Below, piece by piece: positions 49,631 to 62,745 of a stretch of 64,000 nucleotides of DNA (position 1 is its first letter; each line of letters starts with the position of its first letter). Below the pieces are notes generated by a model. That model was not told the origin of the DNA, made no database searches, and saw nothing but the letters and a program-made list of their open reading frames with translations. The stretch lies in contig NC_058368.1 in assembly GCF_018350175.1 (NCBI RefSeq), forward strand, positions 118,112,001 through 118,176,000. Reading direction: 5' to 3'. The DNA comes from Felis catus (Eukaryota). Position numbers and translations under genes: made by a program.

Positions 49631-49757
49631 GGGGTGCCTGAGTGGCTCAGTTGGTTAAGCCACCAGCTCCATCTCAGCTCAGTTCTTGATTTCAGGGTTG
49701 TGAGCTCAAGTCCCACACTGGGCTCTGTGCTGGGCATGAAGCCTATTTAAAAAAAAA
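49631..49757 (+). mobile_element. Short CanSINE variant lacking the (CT)n region
   Basis: TSD aaggcttg. Confidence 0.85.
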
Positions 49758-49920
49758 CTCAAGGCTTGAAAATGCTTGGTGTCTTTGTTCTTCTTCACCC
49801 CATTGTGCTGGGAAATGGTCTCAATGGAAAAATATCGCATAAACTCAGCTCCCAGGGTCCTCACTTAGTGCCATACTGGTGCCTCAACTGGAGACTTGCT
49901 GTAAAATTCTGGAAACCTTA

Positions 49921-50435
49921 TGCAGGGGAAGAAAAGAGGTTTTCTTCACTCACTTAGGATCCCTGGCGGATGTGAAAATTAAACTCACAAGACAGATTAG
50001 GAGAAAAGCATACAGATTTATTTAATATAAGTTTTACATGACACAGGAGCCTTCAGAAGGAAATGAAGCCCTGAAGAAACCAGTTAAACCTGCATGTTTT
50101 TATGCTGGGCTTGATGAAGTGTGGGCAGTTGTTTAGAGATGTGATAGAACAGAGAATATGAGGTAAGCGTAGCAAACTGGGGGACACTTAGCAAGGCCTG
50201 TTTGTTCGGATTCTCCCCCATGACCCTTCATCCTGGAAATAAGGATGCTCCTTTCTTCTGGGTATAGAGAGGGCACCTCTCTCACATCAGGGTCTTAAGA
50301 CTTGCTTCAGGGAGAAGGGTGAAGGGCAGGTCAGAGAGAACTTTATGCTTCTGCTATTTTTTAGCATTCCTTCAGCTTAAAATTGTGAATATGTGTGGTG
50401 CCAAAGTGTGGAGTAGGAAGTCCCGATCCCTGTCT
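49921..50435 (-). mobile_element. ERV1 solo LTR (MER34-like)
   Basis: acagattaggagaaaagcatacagatttatttaatataagttttacatgacacaggagccttc..ccttcagcttaaaat; minus-strand AATAAA present. Confidence 0.7.
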
Positions 50436-51539
50436 CTTGGTAGAAACAGTTCCTGTTCCTACCCCTTCACATGTATCCTTGCATCTTTTTCAGACAGAAT
50501 CAGCAGCCTCTTTGGAGAAACAAATATTTGAAACGAAACAACCCCACCTCCCACCTTGCCATAAAGACACGAGCGTAAACTCTGGTTGTGAAATTCAACG
50601 CTTATTTGGCCTGAGGCTAAATCATAAAGGAGTTTTACGGCCCCATTCAGGATGGAGATGAATGCACAAATGAAAATACACATACTTGCGGAACACACAC
50701 AATTAATGATGGCCCGAGGGGAACATCCTCCCTCCCTAGGCCCACAGCTCTCTCACTTGATACTAGTTAGAGAGAACTGGCAGGAGGCAGGAGGGAGGGG
50801 ATGCCACTGCTTCAGTGTGAGATGACAACTAAAGCCAGGAGGGGAAGGAAGTGAGAGGAGAGGCCAGAGCAGAGGGCCATAATTGCATTATGAATTCCTG
50901 CCTATTCTGAGCAGATTGTCCCCAAATTTGTCATTAGAAGTGCAATTTCCTCTCTGAGAAGTGTCTTTCCAAGAATCCCAGGAAAGATGATGAGAACAGG
51001 AAGTAGGGTATCCAATTATTCATGTTGGTAATGAACTTTATTCTGTATTCATTATTTATGAATGCTGTATTCTGCCGAAACTTTGTTTAGTAATAAAGTT
51101 CATATTGCTTCCCCCCCACTTTGTTTGTGGGTTTGTCCAACAGACGCTTATCGATTGTCCACTAAGTGGGGACACTGGGTGTACCAAAGAGGTCCTGGCT
51201 CTGCCCTCAGATGCTTACATTCTGTGAAGGGGGTCAGACATTAAGCGTCTAGTTGCAGCTATGTCGTCCCCAGGTTGGTGCATGCTGTAGCAAATCAAAG
51301 GATGTGAGGAGAGCAGGTAACAGGTGCAGCCGACCAGGGAGACTAAGCTGGGAAGTGACATTTGAGTTGAAACTAAGGGAGAAGAGGACGAAAACTAGGG
51401 ACAAGAGGGAAAGCAGAAAAGGCAATCTGATGCAAGGAATGTGTGAAAGGTATAGAAGTGGCTTCCAAGCATGGGTTTATCAGGTCTCTTCTCATCATCC
51501 TTGTGTTAACTACGTGAGAGTTTATCTAAGTGTTATTTA

Positions 51540-51720
51540 CGAGTTACGTGTATCAGACTCACTGGGATGCATGTTAAGAATTCACATTCCTGGGCTCCAC
51601 ATCAGGCCACTAAGTCAGAATCTATAGGAGCAGGGCCCAGCCATCTGCAATTTAAATTCAGAACACACTTCTTCCACCGGGTGATTCTTAGACATATTCA
51701 CTTTGATTTGAGTCACTTCC
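51540..51720. mobile_element. MER5-like hAT-Charlie MITE
   Basis: attcctgggctccac..agtcagaatct..gggcccag..atctgcaatttaa..ggtgattct. Confidence 0.65.
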
Positions 51721-51856
51721 TAGTAGTACATGGAGCTTAAAACTCTTTCAAAAGGGCTTCTGCTTATGATCCCTTTGATCCCACTGCAACCTTGTATAGT
51801 ACACAAGCTAAGTATCATTATTCCACTATTACAGGTGAGAAAATAGAGAAAGGTGC

Positions 51857-52035
51857 GGGGGTGCCTGGGTGGCTCAGTCAGTTGAGCATTCGACTTCTGT
51901 CCACATACGATCTGAAGGTTCGTGGGTTCAAGTCCTGCTTCAGGCTTGGTGCTGTCAATGTTGGGCCTGCTTTGGGTCCTCTGCCCCTCCCCCCACTCCA
52001 AAATAGATAAACATTAAAAAAAACAAGAACAAGAA
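51857..52035 (+). mobile_element. CanSINE
   Basis: TSD agaaaggtg. Confidence 0.9.
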
Positions 52036-52219
52036 AGGTGTAGAGGTTGACCCACTCAACAATGTGCCTTGTACCCTTCTCCTTATACCATACTGTGTCC
52101 CAGAGGTGGATTGCAATTACATCTGCTTTGCAAATGTGATATATCCAGGAGTGGATTATAAGCTTGAGGGCATACTTATTTTTCCCTCACGTTGAGGGAA
52201 TACTGTTTTTGACATATCA

Positions 52220-52440
52220 CCTTGTAGTTCAGCAGATCTGAAGTCAGAGAGATCTGGGGTCTCGTCCCAGCTCAGCTGCTCACTAGCCATGTGACCTTGA
52301 ACATGTTACCTAACCATTTGGTACCTCAATTACCTTGTTGGTTAAGTAAGGATAAATAATTATGGTTACGTCAGTGAGTTATTATCAGGATTAAAACACT
52401 GTGTGTAAAACACTAAGTGCAGAGATTTTGTATACTTAGT
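52220..52440 (+). mobile_element. MIR
   Basis: tcccagctcagctgctcactagccatgtgaccttgaacatgttacctaacc. Confidence 0.8.
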
Positions 52441-52965
52441 TCTTTAAAAAAAAAAGGAAACTGTTGTATCTATGACATTTAGGGCACACTTATATTTAGT
52501 AGTGTTGCCAACTAACTGAAACCCAGATAAAAATCGTAAGAGAAGTCACACGTGGAAGGTTGAGATAACGCTATAAGTCATCTAGGCAAAAACATTTGAG
52601 ACAACCCAGTATCAGTGAGCACATCTAGCAGCCAAATCTTGGTTTCTAAATACCATTTCTCACTAAAAGAAACCAGCTCTTCTTGGAGAAATGCTGATTT
52701 AAGGTCTGGAGAAGAGAGACTACAAGGCAAATTGGCAACATTTTATTGTGTCACAAAGTAATGAAGTGCTCAAAGACTGATAAGGATGTGTCAAAAAGAT
52801 AGTTGAGCTGAACCAAACTGGCTTACACTTAACAAATTTGGGACAGTTTAAGCATCAGAAAAATAGTGATAGTGATGTTGACTATAACATGTTGAGTAAA
52901 AAACAACAACAAGAAATCCATGAGTTCGTAGTGGTTATTAAGAAGATGGGATAGAACAAGGAAAG

Positions 52966-53046
52966 CTTTTTTTTTTCTTTCTTTTTAAAAATTTTTTACT
53001 TTATTTAAGTGAGTGAGAAAGCATGCAACTGGAGGAGAAGGACAGG

Positions 53047-53084
<38 letters not shown>

Positions 53085-53203
53085 CCCAAGCAGGTACCAC
53101 ACTTAGCACAGAGCCTGATGCGGGGTTTGATGTCACAAGCCTGGAATCATGACCTGAGCTGAAATCAAGACTTGGATGCTCAACTGACTGAGCCACCCAG
53201 GTG
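52966..53203 (-). mobile_element. CanSINE
   Basis: Full body; head runs directly into (GCT)n. Confidence 0.9.
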
Positions 53204-53346
53204 CTGCTGCTGCTGCTGCTGCTTCTTCTTCTTTTTCTTCTTCTCCTCCTCCTCCTTCTCCTCCTCCTCCTTCTCCTCCTCCTCCTCCTCCTTCTCCTCC
53301 TCCTCCTCCTCCTCCTCCTTCTCCTCCTCCTCCTCCTTCTTTTTTT
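53202..53346. repeat. Compound (GCT)n(CTT)n(CCT/TCT)n trinucleotide repeat
   Basis: Direct reading. Confidence 0.97.
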
Positions 53347-54709
53347 AAATGAAACAACCACAATTTTATGTGGAAGGAATTATAGAGTTAGTAAAGTCAG
53401 AAAACTACTCTTTTAACATCAGTGCAATAATGGATTCAGGCAACGATCATCATTGGAGGTTGAAACCTTTTGTTAAATGTTGTTGGGAAACAAAATATTC
53501 ACCTAGTCTAAAAGATCACTTGTATTAATATTATTTACTTTAATATTATATGAAGAGAAAAATGTATCTTTCCTATGGTGAGATCTGGTAAATACCATGT
53601 ATTCAAGTGACCAAATTTAGCATCACTGGTTATGAGACCAATTGACATTATACAACTTCTGATGTAATGCAACAGGAAGTATACAACCTCACCCATGTGG
53701 TATTATTGCCCAAATTGTCTAACCTGAATGAAATTATAGGAAACAATCAGACAGACCTACAAGGACATTTTCTAAGACAATCAACCTGTGCTTTTCAAAA
53801 ATTTTACTGTTGTAAGAGATAAAAAGGGAAAAAAAAGATTTCCTTGAATCTAGATTAATGTTCTAGAATTAATGTTGTACAGTATAGATTAAAGGATGGT
53901 AATACATTATAATGTATATTCTTTGATTGGATCTTGGCTTTAAAAAGAGTCATACAACAACACAAATATTCAGCAACTGATGAATGGATAAACAAAATGT
54001 GATACTTCTATGCAATGTGATGTAATTCAGCTTGAAAAAGGAAAGAAGTACCAATATGTGCTAGAACATAAATGAACTTTTAAAACATTATGCTAAGAGA
54101 AAGAAGCTAGACACAAAACCCCCCACATACTTTATGTTTCCTGTTCCATAAAATTTCCAGAATAGGCAAGTTGATAGTGACAGAAAGTAGACTAGTGGTT
54201 GCCAATGGCCAAGGGCGGGGAGAGTGGGGAGTGACTGTTAATAAGTTAATGGGTTTCTTGGATGATGAAAATGTTCTGGGATTAGATGGTGGGAATAGGT
54301 GAACAAACTTGTGAATATATTAAAAATCTAAATTGTACACTTTAAAAGAAGGGATTTTATGATGTGGAGATTATATGTCAATCAAAAAAGCTATTAAGAC
54401 ATTGGGACAATTGGGAAAATTTTAATATGAGCTATTAGATATTTTTCTAATGTTAGGTTTCTTGAATGTGATAATGGTATTATAGCTATATGGGATTATA
54501 TTCTACCTTATAGGAAATATTTAGGGACTTTTTTTTTTTTAGGGACATATTTAAGCATGAATTATTTAGGCCTAAAATGTCATGCTATTTGCACTTTCAA
54601 ATGAATCAGAAAAAATAATGTAAATTTTTAAAAAAGTAACGTATTGCAGATATAGTAATGTTTTAACAGTTGGTGATCTAGGTAAAGGATATACATGGGT
54701 TTATTGTAT

Positions 54710-54941
54710 TTTTCGTTTTTTTATTTTAATTTTTTAATTTTGTAATGTTTATTTTTGAGAGAGACAGAGACAGAATGCGAGTGGGTTAGGGGCAGAGAGA
54801 GGGAAACACAGAATCCGAAGCAGGCTCCAGGCTCTGAGCTGTCAGCACAGAGCCTGACAAGGGGCTCGAACTCACAGAGCTGTGAGATCATGACTTGAGC
54901 CAAAGTCAGATGCTCAACCAACTGAGCCACCCAAGCACCTC
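54710..54941 (-). mobile_element. CanSINE
   Basis: TSD attgtatt. Confidence 0.92.
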
Positions 54942-55680
54942 AATTGTATTATTCTTATATCTTTTTTGTAGCTTGAGTTTTTCAAAATAAAAAGATGGTG
55001 GGGGGACCACTTATTGAGTGTCTGTTACACGTCAGATAGGGAATGACAGATTCCTGTGGGATTGTGACAGAGAAATTAAGAATATTGAGCACAGCCTTTC
55101 CTCCTTTCTGAGTGAATCCTTAATGGGGAGTGAATTGTATGCTTCCCTTCAAAACATCTCTTGGTCCCACCATCCACAGAGACAGATAGTCAGGCTGTCT
55201 GTTTTCCAGGAAAGTAATTCTTGCTTGGGCTTCATAGGTAAAGGGGGTCCTCTATCATGTCTGACTTGATAGGATTAGCCGGGGGATCTTAAAATCTCCC
55301 AGAGAGCTAGTGTTAACTAGTTAGTATTAACTGGTAGTGGTAACTAGTGAAATCAAAAGGCTGAGGAGATGCAAGTCAGTTAGGCATGAAAGCCTAGGAA
55401 CTAGAAGGAAGAAGGAGGTGGGCATGGGCACATGTATTGGGGTAGGCAAATGGTCAAGGCCAGCAACCAAAGCTTGGCTTTGAGTTTGAGTAACAAGCAG
55501 GAAACAACGGGGAGCCAATGCCCTGGCCCCATTTACAGACTCTGAATAGTAAAAGTGATTCTTGGGAGCCTCCTTGTTCTGGCCTTGCTCTTGGCTGGTG
55601 GTTAGAAAAGGGGCTATGTCATGTCCCATATTGTCCTACCTACCCTTCTTACCCAAGGAATCATTGTCATCTCCTTGGCC

Positions 55681-55715
<35 letters not shown>

Positions 55716-56559
55716 GTCTGTTCCATTATTTTCCTGTCAAGGATGTTAAGAGAGAGTCTGGTAGAGCTGAGCTAGTATTTACTCTTAGATCGAGATGGGG
55801 GATCTCTTTCAGTTTGGAGCAGGGTTTGGGGATACAGAAATGGTGCTGTGGCAGCAACAACAGAAGCAAGTTTTTGTGAGGCTAACTGGGGAGGGTGGGG
55901 GAAGGCTGCATTTCTGCTTCACCCCTGACCACTAGTGCCTTCTGTTTTTAAAACAGACGTGCTTCATCCTTCCCAGAGCGTGGGCCAACCATGGGAACTC
56001 AAAATGCAAAGTCCCAGCCCGGGAAATTAAGCTGCAAGAGCTCAATGCCTAAAAAATATTGACTGTTTCTTTTTTTAAGCTAATATTCCAAATTTCTTAT
56101 GAAAGTCAACTTAGACATCCAGGACACAGGAAACAAGGCAAGAGGCCACAGCCAGCTGCCTCAGAGGACCCAGGACACTTTCTTAATAACATCCAGATGG
56201 TTCCAGAGAAATTGTTAACATCTTGAAAGAAAAAAATCAGCTGCAGGAGAAATGAGATTCAAGTGGTTTAGGAAGGACAGCCTGGAGGAGAGTCCCAAGG
56301 GACCGAGAGAGCGTCTGAAATAGAAGCCTCTGTCGTGGGTTACTGCTTCCTGTGGCAAGGCTGGAGGGGAGTGGGTGTAAAAATCTAGAGCTTCTAGTGG
56401 AGCTTTGGGGTTGGCAAGAGAGCCTCAACGGAACTGCCCTTCGGGTCATGTTAATCCATTCACTAACCTGGGTTTGCAATAACTTTTTACATTAATAATT
56501 TTTCTTCTGTTTTAGAGAGGACTATTTGCTTTTCAGTCTGCTGTATCTATTAGGCTCTA

Positions 56560-57069
56560 CAGGGCTGGTGCTCAGAGCTCACAGGCCTATGGCGATATTT
56601 AACACTGAAAAAAAAATTACATATGTGGTATATTTATGCTCATGTATATGGTGTATAGATACATAGCAAAATATAAATGTATTTTCCAGCATATGAAAAG
56701 CCCACAAAATTTAAATTAGTATTGTCTGATTAAACGCCCATAATAGATAATATCAGGTCCTCTTAGTTCCTAAGTTTAGAGTCCATTAAAATTTTATTTC
56801 ATTTGAAAATAATTTGTACATTAGATTTACTCTAATTTGTATGTTAGATTTACTCATTTCCCCAGCATTGTTTAGACATTGGTTCTTTAGAGCCAAGTAA
56901 TTTTAAAAGTGAAATTTAAAAATGTTTTCATTATTTTACCAGGGAAAGAAACTTACATCTTTAACATGAGATGTATTTTGTAATATGTTTACATCAAGGA
57001 GGGAAGGGCATGGCGTCCTCATGAAAAATCAAGAGCCCAGGGGCCTCTGAAGGTCTTAACCCAGTCCTA
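56560..57069. mobile_element. hAT-Tip100-like non-autonomous DNA transposon
   Basis: Termini cagggctgg.. and ..ccagtccta, AT-rich interior, partial 8-bp TSD (aggctcta / gttctcta). Confidence 0.5.
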
Positions 57070-58734
57070 GTTCTCTAAAGAGGTGTGTGTTTCTTCCTCT
57101 CCTCTCAGTCGCCTTCCCCCAAGGAAGAGGAAATGGCTTGTTTGTGGAATGTAACTGTTTGCACGCAAATCTCTTATTTGGAACCAAAAGTGGGGGGAGA
57201 GGGACGCAGGAGCCACAGGCTCAGGGCTTGATCAGCATTCAGCAAGCCTGTGCATTTTCCACTCCCCACAACAGGTATCTCTTACCTGGGCCACTTCAAA
57301 GCCCATTAGAAGAGTCTCCTGCCCCCCACCCTGTCTGAGGGTTTCCCCCACTTTAACAGGATTCCGCTCCTTCGTCTGACGGTGACAATAGGAGATGAGA
57401 GCTGGAAGGGTCAGAGGGGGGGTGGGTGTCGAGGTCCAGTTGCCTGGCTTTCCTTGCATTTTCCACATCCTAAATCAGGAAGTATGCAGGAGTGGGGAGT
57501 GAACAGTCAGAATGTACACATCCTGGAACTTTGGTCTGAAATGCCTAAGTATTTAGTGTAAAAAAAAAAGATGTATAATTGACAAAACAAAAACACCTAA
57601 TAACAGGAGCTAGAATTTTCTGCAACAAGCAACATTACCAAAGAAAGACCAGCCAAGGCAGCCCAGAGCTGGTTATGGAGCATTAACCAGGTAAACTCAT
57701 TAGATGGAGCCATCTCTTTCCTTTGGGAGAACATTGACATTTAAGTTTTGGCTTCTTGGGATTCAGCTGGAGGACTCTTCGGTGGAATGCAATGACTCCT
57801 TCCTTCCTCCCCAAACTGAAATCCGGGCTATTACAATTCCAAATGCACACATAATGCTGCCAAGTTTATAGGAAATTGGAATGACAGTGTAGGTTCCCAC
57901 CACTAGGGATAGCAGAAGCTGAACGCTCAGAGAATAAGTAACATTTCCCTTGTGATTCCCAAATGCTCTATTTTTATTTTAAGAGGTTCTGTGTTTTCAT
58001 TTAGTTTCGTGAATGGAGGAATCCATATGGAATTTTTACCAACTCCACTAAAATAGAAGCATGCAGCTTCTCAGCAGTGCCCTGAAATGTGCATAAAGAT
58101 TCCCTGATAGGTTGGTAAGAATTGCAGACGTTCACTTTTGAAAATCTTTGAGAAATCATCAACTCATTTTCAATGGGTACCTTCCAGGCACATGGCAGAA
58201 TACAGTATCAATTGCAAAATGCACGTATGAGAGACCTTGACTTTGACTTGGCATAGTTCATCATTCAAAAGGAGTTATAAGTAGCTGCTCTGAAATGAGC
58301 AGTGTGTGTGAATTTAATAGAAATGAAATATAAACATATGTATTGTATTTAAAGTGCTGAATTTGGGGGGGGGGTCCAAAATAATACAGGTATGTTTTTG
58401 TTGGTAATTTTCAGTCAGATTTCTGTTACTCCTCTATTCCCGATAGTCATAGGTTAATAACCATTTGAAACTATTGTATTCATTTGTTTGCTTATTTATA
58501 GTATTCCTCACAGCTTCTTTAACTTCTGACTCAGTCACCATGTTCCCTGTGTAACATAAGCTCCACAAAACAGGGAGCTTACTTATCATAATTCTGTACC
58601 TCCAGAACTAGAGTAGAGCCAGATTCATAATAGATGCTTAGTAAAAGGTTTTTCCTCTTCAGTCATTCAATAAATCAAAACTTTCCCTCTCTTTTGCTTT
58701 TGATAGATTACTTTTGAAAAAACCAAAGTGGGCT

Positions 58735-58751
58735 AATAGTGTTTATTTACT

Positions 58752-58784
<33 letters not shown>

Positions 58785-58975
58785 CAGAAAGACAGACAGA
58801 CAGATGGAGTGTGAGAGGGGGAGGGGCAGAGAGAGAGGATGACACAGAATCTGAAGCAGGGTCCAGGCTCTGAGCTGTCAGCACAGAGCCCGACGCGGGC
58901 TCGAACTCACGAGCGGTGAGATCGTGACCTGAGCCTAAGTCAGACGCTTAACCGACTGAGGCACCCCGGCGCCCC
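58735..58975 (-). mobile_element. CanSINE
   Basis: TSD aagtgggctaata. Confidence 0.93.
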
Positions 58976-59094
58976 TGAAGTGGGCTAATAATGAAAAACG
59001 ACGTTACGTATCTTTGTTTAGATGACTGGGTTTTCTGTTGTACCTATGGCTTCTTGTTTCGCTTTATGCTGCACACTCACTGGGCTGTGTGCAG

Positions 59095-59725
59095 CATCAT
59101 TTGTTTTTCAGATATTTTGCTCTGTACCAGGTACCATTCTAGGGAGAAAATATCCTGTATCCATGGGACTTACATTCCAAGGGGGAGAGGTGGACAGCAA
59201 AAACTTAATATATGTTTTGTCAAGTGGAGAAAAACATTGTGATGAAAAGTAAAGTAGGATAGGGAAGGTCTGATCCTGGGGCGTTGGAGAGCTTTGTGGA
59301 TAGGAAGGAACAAACATTGTAGACAGCTGGAGGAGGGGCAGTGTTCCGTGCTTGTGGAGGGGCCCGGAGGCTGGAGCTGAGCAAGGGGAGGGTGTAGGGG
59401 CGGGAGCGGGTCACAGAGAGCTTGGAGGCCTAGTATGGACGTGAAGTTGTATTCCACATGAAAGACAGGTTTTCAGTGGAAGTGATGAGAAATGGTTGGA
59501 TTCTGGTTGTGCTTTCAAGGTAGGGCCAAAGGATTTGCTCATGGTTTGGAGATGGGGTGTGAAGGGAGGAGCCAGGGAAGGCCCCAAAACCTTCAGACTG
59601 AGTCCTTGGCAGAGTACCCTGTGGCCATCAGTGAGATAGAGGAGCCTGAGAGACGCACATTTGGGAAGAACCCAACATTTGATTTCGGGTGGTGTCATAA
59701 GTTTGAGCACCTGGTAGAACCTGTG
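59095..59725 (-). mobile_element. L2 fragment
   Basis: tattttgctctgtaccaggtaccattctaggg..aggatttgctcatggtttggagatggggtgtga. Confidence 0.75.
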
Positions 59726-60828
59726 CGGCAGAGATCCAGGACGGGCACGATGACCCCTGAGTCCTAAATTGTCAAAGGGCCAACAGGATGTGGCCAGATG
59801 TGGGGTCAGCGTCAGGCTGCACAGACGCTCAAACGAAGTCGTCGCAAATCTTCAAGTCTGGAGTAGAGCTCTTCCAGGGTGACCAGGGAAATCTATCAAG
59901 GAGCCTCCGAGCCCCCACCTCTCTGAGTCACCCACAGGGGCCTGGGTTCGGCTCTTGCCTTCGTGCTAATGTTCTGTTCCTGTATCTCTACACTCTTTCG
60001 CTATTTATTGATCAAAGGACCATAAGGTGACTTGTTTTAAACACAACACAGAGGTTAACTAAAGCGTTTAAGCATTTGACTTTTTACCACTTACTGGTGT
60101 CCACAGGATAAAACACACGAAAAAGCACCCTTATTCGAGTTCCTAGTGAAGAGCCGTCCTGTGTCTGAGAACCTGCAGTAAACGGTAGGTACTGAGAGGC
60201 AGGGAGGCCTCAGGTCCCCTCTTTGCAGAGACTCACTGCACCACCGGTCTCTGGTAGTTCCAAGGATGGGTGGCCAGTAAGAATGTGCAGAGAGCCGGCC
60301 ACTGTCTACTCGGAAAATATTTAGTTGTTCTTAACCTTGGGAGTCTCTCAAGTCCCGACTCATTTATGACTGTTGACACTACTATCCTTAGTCCCCAAGG
60401 ATCCGGTGTAATCAGCTCTTGAATTCTTTTTTCCCTTGAACCTAAATTTGAAGCTCCACGGGCCTTTCCCATAGCATAAATAACATTCTATTCCAGGGCA
60501 TATTGTCTCAGTCACAGGAAATAGTCTCTGAATTACATCACAGACCAGTTCTACCGCATTCTGTTGACGTTTATTGTACAACTATTGTGGGAATGACATG
60601 GTTCCTGTCCCCAGGAGCTGTTCTATCCCATCCATTTATAGAGATGGGGGGTGCAAAGGTGAGTGAAATTCCAGGACATATTGCCATCCTTTCAATGTTG
60701 AAATACTAGCCAACCTCTTCTTTAAATGTTTTCCTAAGCGTATAAAGGTGGGTATATGGCAAAGCATGGTACTTTTCCTTACCTGTGCCATTTGTGAGGT
60801 GATAAATAAAATTCATCCTCGGGGGGTT

Positions 60829-61060
60829 GGGGCGCCTGGGTGGCTCATTTAGTTAAGCATCCCACTTTGGCTTAGGTCATGATCTCATAGTTCATGAGTT
60901 CAAGCCCTGCATCGGGCAGTCTGCTGTCACCATGGAGCCCACTTCGGATCCTCTGTCCCCCTCTCTCTCCGCCCCTCCACTGCTCACATTCTTTGTCTCT
61001 CTCTGTCTCTCAAAAATAAATGAATGAATGAATGAATGAGTGAGTGAATAAATAAATAAA
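60829..61060 (+). mobile_element. CanSINE with (TGAA)n tail
   Basis: Full element. Confidence 0.92.
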
Positions 61061-61139
61061 TAGTCTTTGGAAAGATTGGGGGTCATGGGAAGTAGTTTAG
61101 ATCAATGTTTCAGGAACTGGTCGCCATCTCCACTGTCTA

Positions 61140-61570
61140 CCCTTCCCTTGTTCCATGGTAATAACATAGAACCCCCCAATTTTAAGTGGTGCATGTATCC
61201 ACATGGCCTTAAGACTGCATTTCTCAACCTCCCTTGCAGGTGGGCCATCAGAAAGCATTCTGGCCCAAGTGATTAGGTTACAGTGTTTAGTGGCAGCTCC
61301 TAGAAACTCCTCTTAAGAGGCGTTATAATGTGTATATTCTGCCCCTTCTTCCTCATGGGTTCTTCCGTCCCGGTCCCTGAAACGTGGAAGCTGCCATCTT
61401 TGACCTCGAGGTTGAAGCTGTGCAAGAGGAGCAACAGGAGAGAAGGCGCAGCACAGCATGCCCTGACTGTCTTTGACATCTTCTGTATGAGAGGAAAAAG
61501 AAACGGTATTTGAGGCACTGTTATTTGAGATTTGCCAGTCAGCACAGCTGAACCGAATCCCAACTAAGAT
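61140..61570 (+). mobile_element. Old ERVL-MaLR LTR (MLT1H/I-like)
   Basis: gcatttctcaacctcccttgcagg..gctgccatctttgacc..cactgttatttgag..gcacagctgaaccgaatcccaactaa. Confidence 0.65.
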
Positions 61571-61924
61571 GCCCAGCTAAATTTTGCTCTATTCGGGCTG
61601 CTCAGGGATGTGCCCCACAGCATCCTTGTCAGTTGATGAGAACAAACCCATTCTGAGTCAGCAAATGAATCCCCAGGTGCTACCAGATACTGCACTATAT
61701 CATCAAGATCATTCTCCACAAATTCCTAATGTAGTGAGCATCACTTATACCCATGTATCAGAAAGTGAAAAGAATGGATTCATATCTAATGTGATTTGAG
61801 CTCCCATGTTCCCCCATCCGCAAGGACTTGTCCCAGTGTATATACAATGTTGTCCTATACTTTTGTGTGTCTATCACTTGGATTCTAGGTGTAGATGAAG
61901 AGAGCCCGCAAAGGTTCTAAAGGC

Positions 61925-62135
61925 AGGGCCGCCTGGGTGGCCTAGTAGTTAAGCGTCTGAATCTTGATTTCAGCTCAGGTCATGGTCTCATGGTTCCTGG
62001 GTTCGATCCCCGTGTCATACTCAGCTCTGAGAGTGTGGAGCCTGCTTGGGATTGTCTCTCTCCCTCTCTCTCTGCCCCTACCCTGCTTGCATTCTTTCTC
62101 TCTCTAAAAATAAATGGGTAAACATTTTCAAAAAA
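61925..62135 (+). mobile_element. CanSINE
   Basis: TSD ttctaaaggcag. Confidence 0.92.
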
Positions 62136-62179
62136 AGTTTCTAAAGGCAGATGAGAAGAACACCCTCCCACTACTTGAG

Positions 62180-62745
62180 GCTGATTTTATTATAGAAGTT
62201 AACACATGTAAAACATTCAGATGGTAGAAAGCTGTATACAGTAAAATGTGCCCCTGTGCCCAGTCCTGCTACCTAAAAGTCACTATGTCAGAAGCTTTGG
62301 GGATAACCTAGAACTTTTCCATATATGGAGAGCCCTTCTTTTTAAAAAAATATGTAAATATATGTGTGTGTGTGTGTGTGTGTATGTGTGTGTGTGTGTG
62401 TGTGTATAGGGAACATATCACACACACTCTAATATACTTTGTTTTTTTTAATTTAATAATAATTCTAAACATCTTTCCAACACCGCATATGCACATGACT
62501 TCTGTCCGATATATAGTGTCCCGCTGTGCAATAGATGTACCATAATTAATTTCATGGACATCGGTTTCCAGAGTTTTGCTGTTATAAACATTGCTACAAC
62601 AAATTCACTGTATGTATCTTTGTGCATATGTACCAGTGCATCTGTAATGGTAATTTGTAGAATTGGAGTTGCTAGGGGAAGGGGGATGATATACATGTAA
62701 CTTGCACCCTGTGCATTTACACTCCCATCGACAGTATAAAGGCTG
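62180..62745 (-). mobile_element. Old L1 (L1ME-like) 3' fragment with (TG)n
   Basis: gtttccagagttttgctgttataaacattgctacaac..; (TG)n at 62362-62405. Confidence 0.6.

Larger units (their letters stand above)
52500..54992 (+). mobile_element. Old L1 (L1MC-like) 3' region with an inserted L1MB-like 3' end (about 53960-54390) and two SINEs
   Basis: ccaaatcttggtttctaaataccatttctcactaaaagaaacca..; ctgatgaatggataaacaaaatgtg..gatgaaaatgttctgg; ends ttttcaaaataaaaag. Confidence 0.75.

Noticed and set aside
53005..53416. Poly-Arg, poly-Gly/Glu and poly-Leu ORFs
   Set aside because: Translations of a microsatellite plus SINE.
56810..56856. 23-bp tandem duplication (similar ones at about 33580-33620 and 38282-38302)
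   Set aside because: Ordinary slippage duplications inside old repeats, with no repeat-spacer or CRISPR-like periodicity.
60100..60320. Exon-like splice signals on both strands
   Set aside because: The frames checked are closed or unrecognisable and there is no supporting partner exon.
6414..62171. Recurring 'MAQSVKRPTSAQVMIS..' ORF family resembling a multigene family
   Set aside because: These are all CanSINE translations.
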